Assembly (NCBI GenBank): GCA_028282585.1
Contig: JANQHR010000011.1
Coordinates: 8,595-72,594, forward strand
From: Bacteroidales bacterium
Lineage (GTDB): Bacteria; Bacteroidota; Bacteroidia; Bacteroidales; UBA12077
Length of the DNA stretch: 64,000 nucleotides
Direction of reading: 5' to 3'
The notes beneath the pieces were generated by a model. The model did no database searches, was not told the DNA's origin, and saw only the letters and a list, made by a program, of their open reading frames with translations. The position numbers were made by a program, and so were the translations under genes. Shown here in pieces: positions 60,928 through 64,000 of the stretch; position 1 is the first letter of the stretch; each line of letters begins with the position of its first letter.

Positions 60928-63866
60928 ATGAAAAAATCTACTCTATTCACGTTAACCTTAATCTTAATGATGAGCTTTGCAGCTTTAGCTCAGAAGAGTT
61001 ATGTAAATCCTGCAGCTAAGTATTGTGAAATGCTTGGATATCGCTATGAAATTGCTTCCACAAAAGCAGCTGGCGATGTTGGAATGGTACATTTACCTGA
61101 TGGCAAAATAGTTAATGCCTGGGATTTTTACAAAGGGAAAGTTGCTAAAGAATACTCTTATGCAGCTCTGCACGGTTTCGAAATCGAGACTGAAGTAATC
61201 AAAGAAAACGGATTTATAATTGAAAAACCTGTTTGTGTGCGTTCGAACAAAGGAGTTGAAGAACGTATAGATTTATTGGAGTTTATGAAGTTAAATGGCG
61301 ATGAATTAATCTTCGAAGTTGAAAGAAATACACCTAGCATGCGAGATATTGCAAAGCCAGATCCTAACTTTAAGTCTGTAAAATCATTGCCTACTTCTTT
61401 CGATTGGAGAGATTATAATGGACATACATACATAGGAGATGTTAGAGATCAAGGAGGATGTGGTTCATGTTATGCGTTTGGTGCAGCGGCAGCAGCAGAA
61501 GGTTCATATAACTGGGCGACCGGAAGTTATGATGGTAATGTTGCTGATTTTTCTGAATCATACATAGCTTGGTGTATAAGTCAGGCTTCTCCATACAGTA
61601 GTCATTTTAGCGGATGTAATGGTGCAGATTATGACTATTATGAGTTGGAAGCTTTAACAGACCCTGACTGGGGAGCTATTCCGGAGTCTTACTTTCCTTA
61701 TACTGATGCAAATAACCAATCGTGCCCACCATCAACCTTAAGTGCTCCAAAGACTATTTTCCAATCCTGGCATAGAGTTGCAAGTAGCGACGTCGACGCA
61801 ATTAAAACTGCCATAATGACTTATGGTGTTGTAGATGCAGCAGTATATGTAACAACATCTTTTTCAAATTACAGTGGAGGTATTTGGTCGGATAATAATA
61901 ATTCTTGCAGTAATGGTGCTTATACAACTACAAATCATGCAATAGCATTAGTGGGTTGGGGCAACGATCCAACAGAAGGCGATTATTGGATTTTAAGAAA
62001 CTCTTGGGGGGCAAGCTGGGGAGAAAGTGGTTATATGAGAATTTCTGTAAACTCAGCTGCAGTTGATTGTGCTGTATGTTATGTAGTTTATGACAATGTT
62101 CCTCAACCTCCTTTTGCTGCATTTACAGCAAATGAAACAACAGTATTATACGGAAATTCTGTTAATTTCACTGACCAATCAACTAATAGCCCGACAAGCT
62201 GGTCATGGACATTTGAGGGAGGTACTCCATCAACAAGTAATGCACAAAACCCAACCGTTACTTATAATACACCGGGAACCTATGATGTAACTTTAGTTGC
62301 AACAAATGCTGAAGGAAGTGATACCGAAACTAAAACAGATTATATAACTGTAGTTGAAGAAATTATTCCTGACTATTGTGCATCAGCCGGAAATAGTTCA
62401 TATTATGAATGGATTACAGGTGTTGAGGTTGGTACATTTTCAAATAATTCAGGATCTGCTACATATACCGATTTTACAAGTTTAACCGCAAACTTAACTG
62501 CAGGAGAAACTTACAATATCACCTTAACTCCAGGGTTTAGAAGTACAACATATAACGAATACTGGAAAATCTGGATTGATTTGAATCGTGATGGTGATTT
62601 TGAAGATGCTAATGAAAACGTATTTGATCAGGGAGGAATGAGCAGCACTACGGTTACAGGACAAATTACAATTCCTGCAGGAACAGCGGAAACTACCACA
62701 AGAATGAGAGTAACCATGAAATATAATGGTGAACCAACTTCTTGTGAAAATACATTCAGCTACGGTGAAGTGGAAGATTATACTGTATATATTGCAGAAA
62801 GTGGTACCCCAACAAATGAAAATCCTATTGCAGTAATAAATGGTCCGTACAATGGTACTGTGGATAATGTTGTTTCATTTAGCAGTTCCGGTTCGTATGA
62901 TCCTGACGGAACAATTTCAGATTATCTTTGGGATTTTGGCGATGGGTCAACAAGCACTGCTGCAAATCCAACCTATACTTATACAACTGCAGATACCTAT
63001 ACGGTTACGTTAACTGTAACAGACAATGAAGGAGCAACGGGCTCAGCTCAAACAACAGCAACAGTAGTAACAACTGGTGGTGATGATATACTTTCATATT
63101 CGGACTTTGAAAGTGGTTGGGAATTTGGACAGATGGTGGAGGAGACTGCAGCAGATATACGGGTGGCACGTATGCGTACGGAGGAAGTGCAGCAATTAAT
63201 ATTCAAGATAATTCAGGAACAGCTTCATCATTCTTTTTAACGAACGGAGTCGATGTTCATAACCCTGGTTACGTTCAGATAGATGTAGAATTCTATTTCT
63301 ATGCAGTAAGTATGGATAATTCAAATGAGGACTTCTGGGTACAATATTATGATGGCTCTTCATGGAACACAGTTGCAACTTTTGCTAGGTCAACTGATTT
63401 TGATAACAATACTTTTTACGTTGCAACTGTTACAATTGATGAAGCAAATTACACTTTCCCAACGGATATGAAGATAAGATTTATGTGCGATGCAAGTGGT
63501 AACAGAGATGATGTATACATTGATGATATAACTATTACTGGAAAAATAACCAGGTCCTTATCTCCAAATTATGATAATATAAGCATAGCTAAACTTTATT
63601 CATTTGCATCTCCGGAGATTCTTAATGAAGAAGAATTGGAAACAATTAAATTATATCCGAACCCTGTTCGAAATGAGTTAACAGTCGTAGTTCCTTATGA
63701 AAATGTAAATGCTAAGATTATTAATACAACAGGCACAATTATAAAGGAAATGAAATTAACAGAAACAGAAAACAGAATCAATGTTTCAGATTTACCATAT
63801 GGTATTTATATGATTTATATTGAAGGCGAAGGTGGTCTGATTGTGGAAAGGTTCATTAAACAATAG
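60928..63866 (+). CDS. Papain-family (C1) peptidase with DUF333-like N-terminus, PKD/GEVED domains and T9SS CTD; split by a frameshift near 63119-63121
   Basis: NPAAKYC; FDWRD, QGGCGSCYAF, NHAIALVGWG, RNSWG; PKD; GEVEDY; ESGW|GIWTDGG is joined by restoring one G; KLYPNP...YGIYMI CTD in the second frame. Confidence 0.88.
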
Positions 63867-63899
63867 ATTGAATAGGATTTTATTTCTAATCAAATTATT

Positions 63900-63933
63900 A
63901 AAAGAGGCTGTCCAAAAAGGCAGTCTCTTTTTT
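63900..63933 (+). terminator. Intrinsic terminator
   Basis: AAAAGAGGCTGTC-loop-GGCAGTCTCTTTT plus T-run. Confidence 0.8.
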
Positions 63934-64000
63934 ATGCCGCTTTTTTATATTTGGTTTCAAATAAGTTTTGGTTATTGTCTTTTTGATAAAAAAAGTATGG

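Noticed and set aside
566-63378. Numerous 60-127 aa ORFs antisense or out of frame within long genes
   Set aside because: Shadow ORFs of well-supported genes with no recognisable motifs.
1-64000. CRISPR arrays, tRNA or rRNA genes
   Set aside because: No regularly spaced repeats or cloverleaf/rRNA signatures found by eye.

Overview
AT-rich chromosomal segment from a member of the Bacteroidota, most likely Bacteroidales-like. This rests on T9SS C-terminal sorting domains, TAnnTTTG promoter elements, a single-Cys DksA and type-2 IleRS. Most of the window is housekeeping or envelope genes: rpoN, asnS, ispD, cysH, lgt, rlpA, lspA, dksA, ileS, ribE, rnr, ubiX, cobB, dnaG, creD. It also holds signalling genes (a sigma54 two-component pair with an ABC permease, a LytTR regulator with a large sensor kinase, an orphan PhoR-like kinase), an RND efflux operon and several T9SS cargos. 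No tRNA, rRNA, CRISPR array or intact transposase was seen. The most unusual observations: (1) a two-gene, signal-peptide-bearing phage tail-fibre plus tail-spike module, where the spike carries an S74 self-cleaving chaperone followed by a T9SS sorting domain; (2) a ~20-bp palindromic element in four copies, one nested inside another and one in frame within a gene; (3) a TetR-linked acyl-carrier-like protein lacking the phosphopantetheine serine; (4) a frameshifted four-helix-bundle cassette bounded by inverted heptamer arrays inside the RND operon; (5) a zincin-like protein that has lost its metal ligands; (6) a 46-bp mini-IS3 in a terminator loop. All family calls come from motif recognition by eye, not database searches.
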